A stretch of 63,971 nt of DNA, filler included, from Lenisia limosa (lineage: Eukaryota > Protista > Breviatea): assembly GCA_001655205.1 (NCBI GenBank). It is 7 parts of 7 records of this genome, joined end to end, with 100 filler letters (N's around TTAATTAATTAA, not from the genome) between each part and the next. Parts side by side here need not be neighbours in the genome. Positions count along the whole stretch, not along the records: positions 29,374 to 38,420 come from LPNZ01004847.1; positions 38,521 to 41,275 come from LPNZ01005992.1; positions 41,376 to 50,305 come from LPNZ01003201.1; positions 50,406 to 51,935 come from LPNZ01009120.1; 3 more parts are not named here. The stretch is one strand, 5' to 3'. Shown in pieces: positions 36,875 through 50,429 of the stretch. Positions within the stretch are counted from its first letter, which is position 1. Each line of letters begins with the position of its first letter. The notes under the pieces are model-generated. The model did no database searches, was not told the origin of the DNA, and saw only the letters and a program-made list of their open reading frames with translations. The translations under genes were made by a program, and so were the position numbers.

Positions 36875-37324
36875 TTCGTAGTTCTGTATCCTTGTTTGTA
36901 TTACATAATTGATGAATCCACAGAAAAAGACAGTAGACCAAGGGACCAAGGCGTAATTTTTCTTTCTTTATTGTTAGTAGATACACCTCCTAGTTTAGAT
37001 TTGGCGTATGTAACTCAATAAAGCCTCCTTTTTAGTGGACATGGGGAACGTTTGAAAGAGGATGTATCACCAAGTCTTTTTATCACTTTCGATAAGATTA
37101 AAAAGAAAAAAAATACAAACTTTTTTTGGGCACAAACTTGCTATTAAAGACTTCCAATTTTTCACATATGTCCTCTCCTGATATGTAGGCTCTGGAAATA
37201 TACATTAACATGACGTAAATAAATCATATGACACCAGGTTAATGAATGTATTTGCAAATCTGGAGGTTTTGTTTCATATCTTTTATTTGTTAATGTATTT
37301 TTGATGCTGTTTAGATAATTTGAA

Positions 37325-38420
37325 ATGGTTGAAAAGACTCCTATCTTTATTGACGGCCAGACCGTGACTACTGACGATGTATGTCCGTTGTCTGCTTCAT
37401 TCCCGAATTTACTCTTCAGATCTTCCGTCTTAGCACTGGAAAGCACACCGTTCAGATCACTGAAGATGCCTGGGAAAGAGTAGGGCTTTGTGGTGCTTTA
37501 ATCCTTACCTTTCCTCAAGATTCGTGCCTGCCGTAAGACTGTTGACACTCTTCTTGCCACTGAGACTCCTATTTATGGGCTTAACACTGGGTTTGTCAAG
37601 GCCTTCCCCGCGATCTCTTCTTACACCTTAGACTTGGTAACTTCCAGAACGTCTATCTTCAACCCGAGCAGCTCCATGACCTCCAGGTGGGTTGCATTTG
37701 TTTACTATTCAACATAGCAATATAACAAGTTGGGAAGAGATCTCAGGCAAATGCGTTATTCGTCATTCCTCGTCTTGCTAAAACAGATTTATTGTCTTCA
37801 TTTCTTTAATTCTTTATTATATCTCTTTGGATCCACACCGACAACTAGCGTTTTCCACGAAGTTATAAGACCATATATTAACTTTTATTAACCCGTGTGA
37901 GAATTGATGAATTATGATAATCTGAAATATTTATCATTTCGACTCAGTCGACCGACCGTATGCACATGAAGATGATATTGCTTCTTAGATCTAAAATGGT
38001 TCTGGTGAATACATAGATCAGATCAAATCGGGTAGTTATTGATTCGCAACTCACCATGAACCTTCTACAATCTCTCTCTACTATCATTAATACCAAATAC
38101 AATGCCCCAGTGCACAATTGATGACGCAAGTAGCGCTTGACTAATCATTCGTACTTCTCCTTAGGAGAAGAAGATCTAGACTTAACTCTAAAATGAAGTT
38201 ATTCTTATCTCTCCCTCTCTGACGTGAGCTTTGAGTTTTATTTTTTGTTTTTGTTTCATAAATTGTCGGTTTTTACCCAATGTTTAATCACATTTCACTT
38301 CGCTTTTTTTTTCTGTTTACCCCCCCTAGTTGAACCTGATCCGTTCTCACTCCGTCGGCTGTGGTGAGCCCTTGACCCTCGAGAGGACCCGCATGCTCTT
38401 CGTTGCTCGTCTTAACGTCT
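37325..38420 (+). CDS. HAL: Histidine ammonia-lyase (aromatic amino acid lyase family), 5' part
   Basis: Five exons: [18 protein letters not shown]|IFRLSTG...|[24 protein letters not shown]|[18 protein letters not shown]|[30 protein letters not shown]. YGxxTG and NLIRSH motifs present; truncated by linker. Confidence 0.92.
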
Positions 38421-38464
38421 NNNNNNNNNNNNNNNNNNNNNNNNNNNNNNNNNNNNNNNNNNNN

Positions 38465-38476
38465 TTAATTAATTAA
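38465..38476. other. Artificial contig-joining linker
   Basis: Same N-flanked TTAATTAATTAA. Confidence 0.95.
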
Positions 38477-38520
38477 NNNNNNNNNNNNNNNNNNNNNNNN
38501 NNNNNNNNNNNNNNNNNNNN

Positions 38521-41227
38521 ACCTTGACGCAATTAGGTAGAAAACGGGTCCACACGTCTTTGAGGCCTGGCCTTTGAAGAAGAAGTTGGCGTGTTCCAGG
38601 GTACTGCGGGGGAAATGGGACAATCAAAAAAAAAAAGCCCAAAACCAACTATGTTGCCTGACAACACAAGAGGGTTAACAACAATACAAACAAAGCCCAG
38701 GCAAGTCGCCTCTGCAGCACCGCATCCCATCTCTCCGGTCAAATAGGCAAATTTATGAAACTTGAAAAATTTCATTCTTAGCATAAATTTACGTGAATCC
38801 CATATACATAATATGTGATACATGATATCTTAATTAACTCATGGAAATCCAAGCAGATGAGACGTAGTGTTCATAAAATTAAAACAAAAGTCCACTCAAA
38901 GTTATGTTTCCTCAATTATTATGAACAAAATAATCAAAGCAAGGGTCCATACTTCAATATTACACCCCTCCCCGTCCTCTCCCAAGGCTCCCTCGACTTC
39001 ATGTGAGTGGCTGTGCATCATTTTATGGTAATATTGTCATATTGAAGAGAGTGGATCTCCTCTCTAACTACATGTATATGGTGTATTCTTCATTTTCAAT
39101 ATGCTAGTAGCATATGTATACATATAGTACGTATCATATACATGTACTATCATTTCAATATTAGAAAGGATATACACTCTTCAATATGACAATATTACCA
39201 TAAAATGATGCTCAGCCACTCACATGAAGTCGAGGGAGCCTTGGGAGAGGACGGGGGGAGGGGACGGCGAGGGGGAGGAAAGGTTGGTGGAGGTGACTCG
39301 ATGCAGAGCTGGAGGGTCAGAGGTAGGGCTTCATTTCGTCTCGAAAAAAGACTGAATTTCTCGATAAATCCTCGAAAACTATCGATATTTCCCCTAACTA
39401 ATGTGACGATAATGTAACAATTGAGAGTCAATGAATACATACATATATCATATGTACTATCATATATAAACATACTTGTACATATTTATGATATATGTGA
39501 GGGGGACGGCGCCCACGATATTTATGGTGATTTGTTTATGGTATCCCTATGTATTCTTATATTCCCTAGATTTATTGACTAATATGTAATATAGCTATAT
39601 TATCTTCCCCTAAAAAGATATGTAGTATGTAAAAATGTGAGGGTAAAGTCTTGCAAGGATTGAGGTTTATGTAACTAATGTGGGTTAATGTAAGGATTGA
39701 GGTTTATGTAACTAATGGGGTCATGTAAGAAAACCTCTTCACAACTACACGGCACCCCACTAACAAGACACCTTCCGAAGAGGGCATGCCGGCGGGCCTA
39801 AGGAGGACAGGAAACCGAGAAATGCTCCGTCGTCCGGGAGAGCTGCGGGGGAGTTGTAATTATTGATAGAAGGGCACTCTCTGAATGATACTTCCCACGT
39901 TCATCTCAAAAATGTACTAGTATGATATTATAAGGGCTTCACTTCGGTTCGAAAAAGACCGGTAAAATAAGGATAGATTTCGAGGATTTATCGAGATATT
40001 CAATCTCCTTTGGCACCGAAGTGAAGCAAGCCATAGATATACATACATCTGGAGATGAGGAATAAAACAAAGGGGTATCAGGCCAAAGTTGTCCACAACC
40101 TCACGCTTACAAGAGATATAACACACATACATTCCTCTCTACATATCCCCACCACTCCCTACGTTCTTCACGGGCAGCCACGAGTTCAATAAGGCGATTT
40201 GTTGCGGATGTAATAATAGCATGGAGATTCTGGGGGGGGGGGGNNNNNNNNNNNNNNNNNNNNNNNNNNNNNNNNNNNNNNNNNNNNNNNNNNNNNNNNN
40301 NNNNAAGCAGTTAAGAAACACACAAGGATTAAAAACAACAAAATAAACAAAGCCCAGGCCAGTCGATTTTGGGAACGGAGTAAAAGACGCAGAAGTGAAG
40401 TGAATCGCATTCAATGTGACGCGCAAGACAGTATAGCATGCTGGGATACCCGAGTCAACTTTCCCATCCCTTTAGCAATTTCATACCTCAACCCCCTCCC
40501 CAAGGAAATCAGGAACACAAACAAAACGACAGAAATCTGAAATCTGGACATCTGGGCGCCAAGCCAACTTGGATGGCGTGGATGTCCATTGAGGGCAGGT
40601 CACGTGGGGTGAGGCGGGGTGGAGGGGAGGGACGGTCTGGAGGATTAGGACAAAGAGAGAGAAAACGGACTGAGCGAGAGAGAAAATGGAGAGGGAGAGA
40701 TATTTTACTTAATGTATTATATCATATGTCATATTTGTTTCCGTTTCAGTTAATGCAGTATCTTTGCTCTCGAAAACAACTGTACAGAATTAGAACCAAG
40801 GGAAATATTATCGAAGCAGTCACCCCCCCCCCTCTCCCCACAAATAATTAATTATAACTAATACAAAAAAAGTAGTCACCCTTCCCTTCCCACCAAAGTT
40901 GAAGTCCATGATTTGGTCGAAGAACTCTATGAGACGGGGGCGAGCTGGAATATGAGAAGCTTTCATTTAAATATGAGATATTGAACTACAGTAATATATT
41001 ATATAAATTCACCCTATCATTTTATAAATTAGTCTTTCAAATATGAGAGGTACTTATCATACCGACTATTTGCATTATGATTATCCCCTCCTCAACCAAA
41101 TACTAAGCTAAAATAGCTGAGATTTTAATTTCATAAATTTTCCATTTTTGTCACACCCACCAGCTTGAACTTCTTCATTCATGACCATCATGAAGTCTTC
41201 TTTAGTGCCAAAAAGGACGCCGTTCGC
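38521..41227 (-). CDS. RasGAP-domain protein, internal fragment
   Basis: Spliced ANGVLFGTKEDFMMVMNEEVQAARPRLIEFFDQIMDFNF resembles the C-terminal helix region of RasGAP domains (AN..LF..KE..M...N.F). Further exons at about 40210-40160, 39830-39770, 39309-39224 and 38600-38521. Confidence 0.7.
38965..39263. repeat. Long inverted repeat: arms 38965-39049 and 39177-39263, 127-nt spacer
   Basis: The arms are reverse complements apart from one mismatch and a 2-nt indel in a G run. Confidence 0.92.
39326..39392. mobile_element. MITE family A, truncated
   Basis: TA|GGGCTTCATTTCGTCTCGAAAAAAGACTGAATTTCTCGATAAATCCTCG; right TIR missing. Confidence 0.7.
39655..39728. repeat. 37-bp tandem duplication
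   Basis: AAGGATTGAGGTTTATGTAACTAATG x2. Confidence 0.8.
39934..40027. mobile_element. MITE family A copy
   Basis: GGGCTTCACTTCGGTTCGAAAAAG...GCACCGAAGTGAAGC. Confidence 0.8.
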
Positions 41228-41319
41228 CTTGTAGGTTAGTTGAATGCAGTGTACTTCGGTTTTACCCACCCCCTCNNNNNNNNNNNNNNNNNNNNNNNNN
41301 NNNNNNNNNNNNNNNNNNN

Positions 41320-41331
41320 TTAATTAATTAA
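41320..41331. other. Artificial contig-joining linker
   Basis: Same N-flanked TTAATTAATTAA. Confidence 0.95.
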
Positions 41332-41376
41332 NNNNNNNNNNNNNNNNNNNNNNNNNNNNNNNNNNNNNNNNNNNNG

Positions 41377-43994
41377 GCGTCTTACTTCATTATTTGGTGG
41401 AAAGAAAAAGCAAACCTCTACCTCGGACCTCCCATCTCCAGACATGTCAACTATTACCCCAGCACCGGCAAACAGAATATTTGACCGTAAATTATCTGAT
41501 GTCATTGATTTGGAGGTATGGAAACAACATTTCTGATTATCCTATGCAGCCTGATAGTCCGATACCCCGGGTTTTGAGGGAACTGACCGCCACAATCGTA
41601 CGGCTTCATGGCTATGAAACGGAGGGAATCTTTCGCGTACCGGCAAATACACTAAGGCTTCAAGAGCTTAAGGTTTGCTACACGTCATATCAACAGTATT
41701 TGAATGATATAGTATACTAAATTATGAACATATGACGCACTCTCAGCTACTGATATCTGGAGCTATACTCCCCCCCTCCCCAAAGTCTGCTAGCATATTT
41801 ATACTGATATCAATTTTCCCTTGTCTTTTTTTGGAAACTGAGCTAAATGAAACCAATGGTAGGATGTTTGTATCTGTAAAAGATTGTGATACATTATGCC
41901 ATAATATAATATAAGCAATACTAATACATGGTTGAAGAAGGCTCTCCATGATCCCGCTTGACAACCCAGGGATTCATTGAGGCGGATAAGTGGACTGAAA
42001 TCAGGGAGCTCACAGATGCCGATATCCACCCTCTAGCTTGCCTTCTGAAAGTAGGCGCTATGCAATAAGTCTGACCCCTTAGTTGTGGCTCCGCTCCCTA
42101 GCTGACCCTCTGATCCCGGCGACGTACTACAATAAGGCCGTGGAGGCATGTAATGTACAAGAAGACTGTATTGCCGTGTTTGATAGTGAGTTTTAGTTGA
42201 AATGGCAAAAAAGAGACGGCTGACTTTGTAGCCATTCCAAGTCCGAACCAGGAGGTTGTTGCCTTCCTCTTGACGTTCCTAAGGCTTTTCACCCGTCCTG
42301 ATGTCATTGAGTACACAAAAATGTTGGCTTGCTGAATTGTATTCAACTGGGTTTTCGCCGATAACACAACTATTGTATTGTTGTCAATTTCAAACCAATT
42401 TTCTCTTTTCAAAATTTATTGCCATTTAGGGGCCCTGACAACCTTGCGATGGTATTTTCACCATCATTCCTCCGATGCCCGGTTGATGACCCTATTGTCA
42501 TCATGACCAACTGTGACCGTGAAAAGAAGTTTGTCAAGCACCTCATCTTAGTAAGCCGTCCTTTTATCCCATTTCTCTGACTTATCAGTGTATGGATACT
42601 CCTGAGGAAGAACTGGAAGCCGAGGAATATGAAGTGTCAGATGAGGCTCAAGGTTCGAGAGCAACAGGATTGTGGGGTTAATCTGGTTGTCAAGCAAAAA
42701 GTGGCAAGGTTGAAGGACAAATTGAATGGAAAAATTCGAATTGAACTGCTTATTTTGTTTTCGATGACCGCAATTGCCCACTCTTGTTCAAGTTTGACGC
42801 TATAGGTTTGGGATCAGAGGACGCAGACCCCCAAATTGATGCTGCTGTTGGTGACGTCACGCCTTTGGTGGGCAGAGGGTATTTTTTCTTGAAAAAGCGT
42901 CAGAGTGTTCACTTTGCAACCCACTATGTAGGAAGAATCCCCAGACATTGAAGTGGCTAAAACGCCGCAATATGATTTTGACCCAAATAAGGGCCTTTCT
43001 CCAATCGACTCTCTCCAATGCACCCCCATGTCCAGGTTTATTGGGTTTTCAGAGTTTCTGTTTATTTTCAACGTTGATGACCTCACCGCATAGCCTTGTC
43101 ACCCCACTCACTGACTGCCCTCCCCAACCCTTGCCTAACACGCAAGATAGTTTATCTGTCGCAAGTAGCGACAAGTTGTGAGTGGAGTGATTCGTGTTTT
43201 AGTTTGTATAATATATAGAGATGAGAAATAAACAAGGTTGTATCTGGCCAAAGCCGTCCATACCTTCTAGCTTATAAGAGATATTGGATTGTGTAATATT
43301 AATACACCCAATTATTTGCATTACAACTCTGTGCACACAGCTTTTCGCTAATATTGTAATCAAATCAAATACCAGGATAATATGTGTAGTATGATGTGTG
43401 CACAATAAATTTCTCTTTTACAATTGAACATCCCTCATTTTGTTCACTTTACCTAAGCCCGGAGACATCACCAATGGACCTTACAGAAACACCGAACAGT
43501 CCTGTCGCTAACTTGCCTCTCCAAGAATCCATATCATCTGTTTGCCGCAAGCCTTTTCCAAAGCACATGCCCCACTTGTATTGTCTCTGGGTCTTACAAA
43601 TATTTCGAATATCATATACTATATAACACAACAGGAAACCCCGGAGTACTCCGACTCCCCTGACATCCNNNNNNNNNNNNNNNNNNNNNNNNNNNNNNNN
43701 NNNTGTGGTCACTCCTGAGACGGAAGATGCTGAGTTTTTGGAACCCGAACAAGCCGAAGCTCTTCCAAAATCGGATGCACAGATTGAACCGACAGAACCT
43801 TCTGAACCAATCCCGGAAGTATGTCACCAGGAAGAGCTTGTCGTGAATCACGAAAAAGAGAAGGTGAAAGGAGGTGTAGCACCATCTAATGACGAAAGTT
43901 TCGTTGACCGAGCAAGCTATTAATCAACCAGGTTGAAATTCTTCAGACAGATGCACCATTGATTTCTTTTGATGATGAACCCGAAATACAGTAG
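41377..43994 (+). CDS. RhoGAP-domain protein with acidic disordered C-terminus, 5'-truncated
   Basis: IPRVLRELTATIVRLHGYETEGIFRVPAN...DIHPLACLLKLWLRSLADPLIP...MGPDNLAMVFSPSFLRCPVDDP. Catalytic GIFR arginine present; ends LISFDDEPEIQ*. Confidence 0.92.
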
Positions 43995-45113
43995 GTCCTC
44001 TTCTTTTGGATTTGTATTGTAGAGGTTATGCGAAAAAAAACTTTGTCTCGTGTAAATTTTTTTAAGTGTTGAGGCTATGCGAAGATTTCCTCCCCAATTT
44101 TCCTGAACGATTTATTTTCCGAGAATAGACTGACAAGAAGAGATGAGTAAATATTTTGACAGAGGACCGCTATTGTTGGATGTCTTTGACACTTCTCTTT
44201 TTACTGCTTCTTAATATCCTTATTGTAATATTCTAATGTCAATGGCGATGTTTATGCTGAAGAAAGAGACTACTGTCTTGTAAAAAACAAACATAAGTAG
44301 TATACAGCATAACTTATTTGGTGTCTAGGAGGGGAACTGGAGAAGAAGAAGGGACAACATCCGAGGACAATTTGAGTTGGGAAAGTTGCCAAAAAACTTG
44401 TTTTCAAAATCAGCTTTTCAGAGACTTTCCTTGCCGGAAGCTTTCGGAAGCGGAAAGTTTTTACTTCCGACAAAGTTTACGGGAGCAAGTTTTTTTTTTC
44501 TCGCATAACCTCTTGTAATAGGATATCTATGTGTTACAATCTCTTCAACAACCCAGACCACAAAACACTACCAACCTCGATTTGGAGCCAAACCTTCTCT
44601 AGTCACTTGTATATTAACAACGTCTTTTTGTCTATAATATCTGTACTATGTCTTATGTCCTTCCTTATATGATATAATTTGTTTAATCCTTGAAAAATCA
44701 AAGGATATCATACGAATTTGGCTTGTTGGAGCAATTGGATATATGCAGATATGTAACAGACACAAGACTAAAAAAAAAAAATACCATTTTTACAACATTA
44801 ATATACAAAACTTACAGCAGGGGTGCTAGAACCCTGTTGACTCATCCCCAAGTTTGGAAGTCACATTCAAAAGCTGGGACAGTTAAATCTCAAGAGAAAG
44901 CTCAGAAGGGAACACTGTGATATAGGATGGAAAACATGGCGTGACCTAAGTTATCTATCTCTTTTACATGGAAATGAGTAGAAGTCAAGTTTGCTATCGT
45001 TACAGAGAATCGTCGCCCAATAATTCGCACATTTGAAGGCAGCCATATCAAATCCAAAAACAATATGATATGTATCGAAAATGAAGATAAATTTCTGATC
45101 TATTCTATCATAC

Positions 45114-46323
45114 CTTGATCACAGCCCAAACGAATTTTCTGCTCGATTTGTAGTAGTGGTAGGGGTCTGAAAGCAGCTCACACAGCCGCTGCACTGTGAA
45201 GGGTGGCGCACTGGGTGGTCAGACAAAGATGATGCAATATCTTGAGACAAAGTCCTGAATTACTGAGTAAGATGAACGTCAGCTCAAAAAAAGGATGTTA
45301 AAATGAAAGGTATTTCGAGATTTACTTTTATTTCCAAGATAAAAAAAAATCCAAAAGCTTCAAGTCCCCTCCCATATCATTACTTTGCGTTCCTTTTAAT
45401 CTTGAAGTATCAAAATATCATATTAAACTACATGCTACGATTATACTACACCACATGGATTAATGTAATACAAAAAAAAGATCAGAATGAACCATAATCA
45501 CTAAACTAGATTGAGAAATATAAAAAACAAAAACAAAAAAACCCAGAAATTTTTGTCGAACGGAGATCAGATACTGGTTGAATAACTGAAACCAACAAAC
45601 TCATTGAATTCGTTGGTGAGCCTGTCAATGATACTGGTTTTGATGAATTCCAGACACTCTTCGCCATCCAAAGGCTCGTAGGGACTCGTCTTCAGAAAGT
45701 CTGTCAAAACCTAGGGGGGGGGGGGAAGGGGGTCTNNNNNNNNNNNNNNNNNNNNNNNNNNNNNNNNNNNNNNNNNNNNNNNNNNNNNNNNNNNNNNNNN
45801 NNNNNNNNNNNNNNNNNNNNNNNNNNNNNNNNTATTAAAATAACTTGCCAGATGGCGAATAATTGTTTTTCTCAATTTTAACACCACGCATAACAAAACA
45901 AGTCAAAGCTTACGGAGTCAAATTTGAAGATCAGAGCAGGCTTCACCGACACCCATGGATACCTAAAAGTAAGAAGAAGGAATGCAAAATTTCGATGTGC
46001 GAAGAATTTGACAAACTTCAACTTGCATCCATGATGCCATGTAAGAAAGCAGTATCATCAACAAAAGGCAATATACCCATTATAAGAAAGGAATATTCCA
46101 AACGTGAAAGCCAAATATGAAAGGAGGAACAGTGGGGGGCTTACTTGCAGATTCCGTATTTTGCGATTTGTAGTACAGCAAGGTCAATGGCGTTGATGTG
46201 TCCGTCGCTGAGCTTCCATTCCACCAAGGCAAGGTGAACGTCCTTGGAATAGGATTCTGCGGGGACATTCTCCGCCGGGCTCGGCACAATAGCTTCTACT
46301 GAAGTGGCATCGTCCTCTTCCAT
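45114..46323 (-). CDS. PPP4R2: Protein phosphatase 4 regulatory subunit 2 (N-terminal conserved exons; 3' exons unresolved)
   Basis: MEEDD...LQIAKYGIC|RYPWVSVKPALIFKFDS|VLTDF...|APPFTVQRLCELLSDPYHYYKSSRKFVWAVIK; PFTxQRLCELLxDP is the family signature. Confidence 0.9.
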
Positions 46324-46720
46324 CGTTCTATTGCTTGAATAAAAGAATCTGGAAGATCGAGAAAATATTATTTATATTCCAAAGAACTGGGGGTACCAGG
46401 TTACCTGTCTGATAGTCCTTCCTCAAAATCGCTCTGCTATATCATCTTGCGGCGAACGGACTTTTGCTTGGGATCCCTGGCGATCCTTAATTGATCCTTA
46501 ACTTGCAGTTAACTCTAACTCTCAGTAAAAAAATAAAATATAAGCTATCTTTAGCTGTCTTTTACTTGTTGGTTAATTGCCTAATTGCATATCTTTCAAT
46601 GGCAGCACTTCATGATTGCTTCAAATATTACTTGGGTCCATGAAGTGTATTCAAAAAGGAAAAACTATAACAAGGCATCTTTGTGATTCAGATGTCTAAA
46701 GATGGGTATTTATCAGCTGT

Positions 46721-49700
46721 TTACTGCGCGGCGGCTTCTGTAGTATCCTTCATCTCTTCCTTGACACCCGCTTTGGGGTCATCATCCTTGTTTGCAGACT
46801 TGAGCCCTTGAGCTAACTCTTCTTCTTCCTTCTTTCTCTTCATAACAGCACCGTAAGTATCCTGGAAAATCAGACCATTTCCGAAACCCAAATATTCACT
46901 GTTTCCAAGTTTGTATGTATGTACAGTCTGTATGTCTAGTAAAAAGGCATGGGTCGACTTGAGGAGAGTTAAAGAAATTAAGAACTGTGACTTCACTTCA
47001 GACTTAACAAGATAGACATTCATTGAGGCTAAATATTGGCATGCGCTTTCACCTGGGAGCGCAGTATATCGATGAACAGTATTGACATAGCAGGCTATCA
47101 TTTAATACCAACCTGGACTTTGACATCAGGCCCGCGTTGGAGGAGCATCACTGTCTCAATGTGTGGGGTGTGGGGGAACAAGTCGCGCGGCTCAGCCTAG
47201 CAAGTAAAAAGCAATAAGAACCAAATTAAGCACTTCACAAAAAGAAACGAAGGGATAAGAAGGGCTTCAAACCTTGATTGGAACGAAAGCTTCACCCTTG
47301 TATTTGTTTGAGGGAGGGCGGCAGAGGCTGAACAGTTATGGCGTGTTCCATCCCAAACAGATACCCCGTACTAATCTTCACCATTGAATATCCAGCATAC
47401 AACTCAAGGTCATTGGCCAGACTATTGCAGTTACAGGACACGTAGACAAGGCGGTTGATATGACGGCAGTTGCGCAGAACTCTGATAACGTCGTTGTCTG
47501 GTCCAGTAAATGGAACATATACACTCAAGCAAGCAATCTAAGACTATGAAGACCCACGAAGTCCGCCGCGAGGGGGGTCGACAATGGCTACTACGTCGGA
47601 CACGTCAGCGGGGAGGTGCTCATCAAGCGCCTTTCCAAGTACTGTCTCCGCACTACCAGCAATCCAGATGGTATTGTCTAAAGCTGGGGGGGGGGGGNNN
47701 NNNNNNNNNNNNNNNNNNNNNNNNNNNNNNNNNNNNNNNNNNNNNNNNNNNNNNNNNNNNNNNNNNNNNNNNNNNNNNNNNNNNNNNNNNNNNNNNNGTA
47801 ATTTATGACCCATATCGCCCATATAAAGGCCAATCCTTCAATGGCACTTTTATTTTACTCCGTTGTACATTAATAACATACCATATGATCATATACTTTT
47901 GAAAAATCATATTTCAGCATACAGGTTATCATTTCAAAACACCATACCCAACCATTTGCTTGAGAATTGCATTTCGCGTCTTCAATGGCCTTTTCAACAA
48001 TGTCCACCCCAATGACCTTGGCAGTAAGAGTAATGAAGGGTGCAAGTTTCAAATAGTTCAACGAAGGGAATACAACCGTAGGAAGCAACCAGAGCTCACC
48101 AATTGACACATTTTAGCCATAATCATTCCAATAGTTCCAGTTCCACAGCAGACGTCTAGTATGTAAAGAAACAAACCAGAATGGAGATCAGTTTGTTTGC
48201 TATTTCTGCCTCAGTAATATCTGTTTAATATTTAATATGGAAAATATTTGGGAAAGAAAGCTAATCTTCCTTTGACCAAAGCCACAAACCCAAAACAACG
48301 GCCTTAGGGCTAGGGGCGGCCCATTCTCTGACTCGACTGTAGAGCTCCTCCGCAGCAGGGGTGTTCACCTGCTTCGTAAGGCTGTCCGCTTAAGACACCT
48401 GTACAAAAATGTTGCGGAATAGTTGAATGGATATGTGGATATTGAGACTTTAAACAAAGAAATCCTTGCGTTTATCGTATATGATATTGAATATGATTCC
48501 TATGAATGCTAATCTAGTAGATCAAGGGCGTCACTTCAGCACCAAAAACGACTGAATATCTCAAAAAATCGATTCAGACTGGAGGGAAGCCCTAAATATT
48601 TCCTATTGTTTGTAGTATAATAATATACCATGTCAGAAAGAGACAAAAAAAAAATGCTCTAACTGAACCAGACATTACCATCTGATCATTAGAACCGAGA
48701 AATAGACATTATAGAGGGTAATATCAGCCAAAGTTTTAAGTATCTGTACCACCACTCACTTGGAAGAAAGAAGAGGGTGAAAGTTGGAACCTGACATCGT
48801 AAGTGCAATTAATGGAAACATATTTGAACGAAATACAAGGGAAGCACTTAAAACAATATCTCTAATAGATAACACCCTAATCAACTTACATGAGGTCATT
48901 CATCTTTTCCAGAAGGTGGGACTTTCCATATAAGGTAATTGGCTCATTGTTATCAGCCCCGCTCAAGCTGTTATCTTCTGAGAGGGCGATTCCGACGATG
49001 AAAATAAACTAAAACGTTAGGGATTAGCTATACATGATTTCTCCCTTTAGTTTACGTCATCCTCAGAAAGTAATCCATTCGACAATAATATAGTACAAAT
49101 GATTCCCTCACTTGAGAAAAAAGGAATCTAATGTCATCATATAAATTTCCAAAAAAAAGACAAATCTATATTCCCCGTCTCACCATATTCTCGGCTTCCT
49201 TTTTAATGGCCTCAACGAAGGCTTCAACTGCCGCCTGTTTGTCTTCTTCTGAACACTTTTCAGAGCGCACGGTCAGCATCACCAAGTCTAGGGTGGTGAG
49301 AATGCCTCATTTTTGTAAAAAGGAAATACCCGTATTTTTTCATGGGCACAAAATTCATTTTTAAAGAAAAGTCATTCTGTCGCTGATTTATTGAAATGGA
49401 GAACTGATAAGGCTCGAGAAGTACAATAATCCGTCGGTCCTTTGTCTTATCTCCACAAATTCTTCGTTGTAGCTTCACGCTACCTTGTGGGCCATCCCAG
49501 GGCAAGCTGAATGAACATGCGGAAGATCTCTTTTCAATCTCCCAAGAACACCTTCCTCCAAACCACTCCAACATACGTTAGCATTATTCCAGTCGGTTTC
49601 ATATCATCACATCGTGCGTGTGAATTATTCCAAAAATTCTCGCTGATCTAACATCTCACACTCATTTTTGCCTTTGCTCAACGCCCCTACATTGGTTGCC

Positions 49701-50305
49701 GATATTCTTGCGGATGGTCAATGTTCTCCAGAATCCTGTGTGTGTGGCTTTGTCATAGACTGCTAAATTCGACTCTGCAATGGTCAGTGCTTGTGTGCTA
49801 AAACATGAAACTAAATAAGTAACTTAACATCACCCAAAACCAGAGTTTTCCCATCCCCACGCTTGGCAACTTCGGTCACACAACGGGCTAAGATGAGAGC
49901 GGGCTTCGGGATGAAGGGGACTTGATCGGCAGCCTGGGGGGGGGGGTGTACAATCAGAAGTGGGGCTAATTCTACCATTCTAGTAGTAATGAACACCACT
50001 GTAGGGCTGAGAAAACAAAAGTCCAACCAAATTATCTCGCAGATTTGGAAGTGAAACGAATTGTTAATGGTTTCTTCCTACCCCAATCTTTCCAAAGCCA
50101 TGGGAGAAGCCTGTGCATATCTCTCCTTCAGCTGTCTTTCCGATAGCAAACTCCATCTGAACAGCAGGTCAAAAAGAGTGATCCCAGAAAGTAACTAATT
50201 ACAAGAACGGTCCAAGGGAGTATCATCCTAAATCCACCTTGTTTCTGTATTGGGAATCGTACTCCGGGGAGGGGACGGTATCAGCAATGGGACACACAGC
50301 TCTCT
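46721..50305 (-). CDS. TRMT2A: tRNA (uracil-5-)-methyltransferase, TRMT2/TrmA family, 5'-truncated
   Basis: YRNK; PSSFFQ|VNTPAAEELY; LDVCCGTGTIG; VIGVDIVEKAIEDAKCN; IVDPPRGGL; LVYVSCN; DLFPHTPHIETV motifs, in order on the minus strand. Confidence 0.92.
48526..48592. mobile_element. MITE family A, internally deleted, in TRMT2A intron
   Basis: GGGCGTCACTTCAG...GGGAAGCCC|TA. Confidence 0.6.
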
Positions 50306-50349
50306 NNNNNNNNNNNNNNNNNNNNNNNNNNNNNNNNNNNNNNNNNNNN

Positions 50350-50361
50350 TTAATTAATTAA
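50350..50361. other. Artificial contig-joining linker
   Basis: Same N-flanked TTAATTAATTAA. Confidence 0.95.
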
Positions 50362-50429
50362 NNNNNNNNNNNNNNNNNNNNNNNNNNNNNNNNNNNNNNN
50401 NNNNNGTTTTGTTTTGTTTTGTTTTGTTT

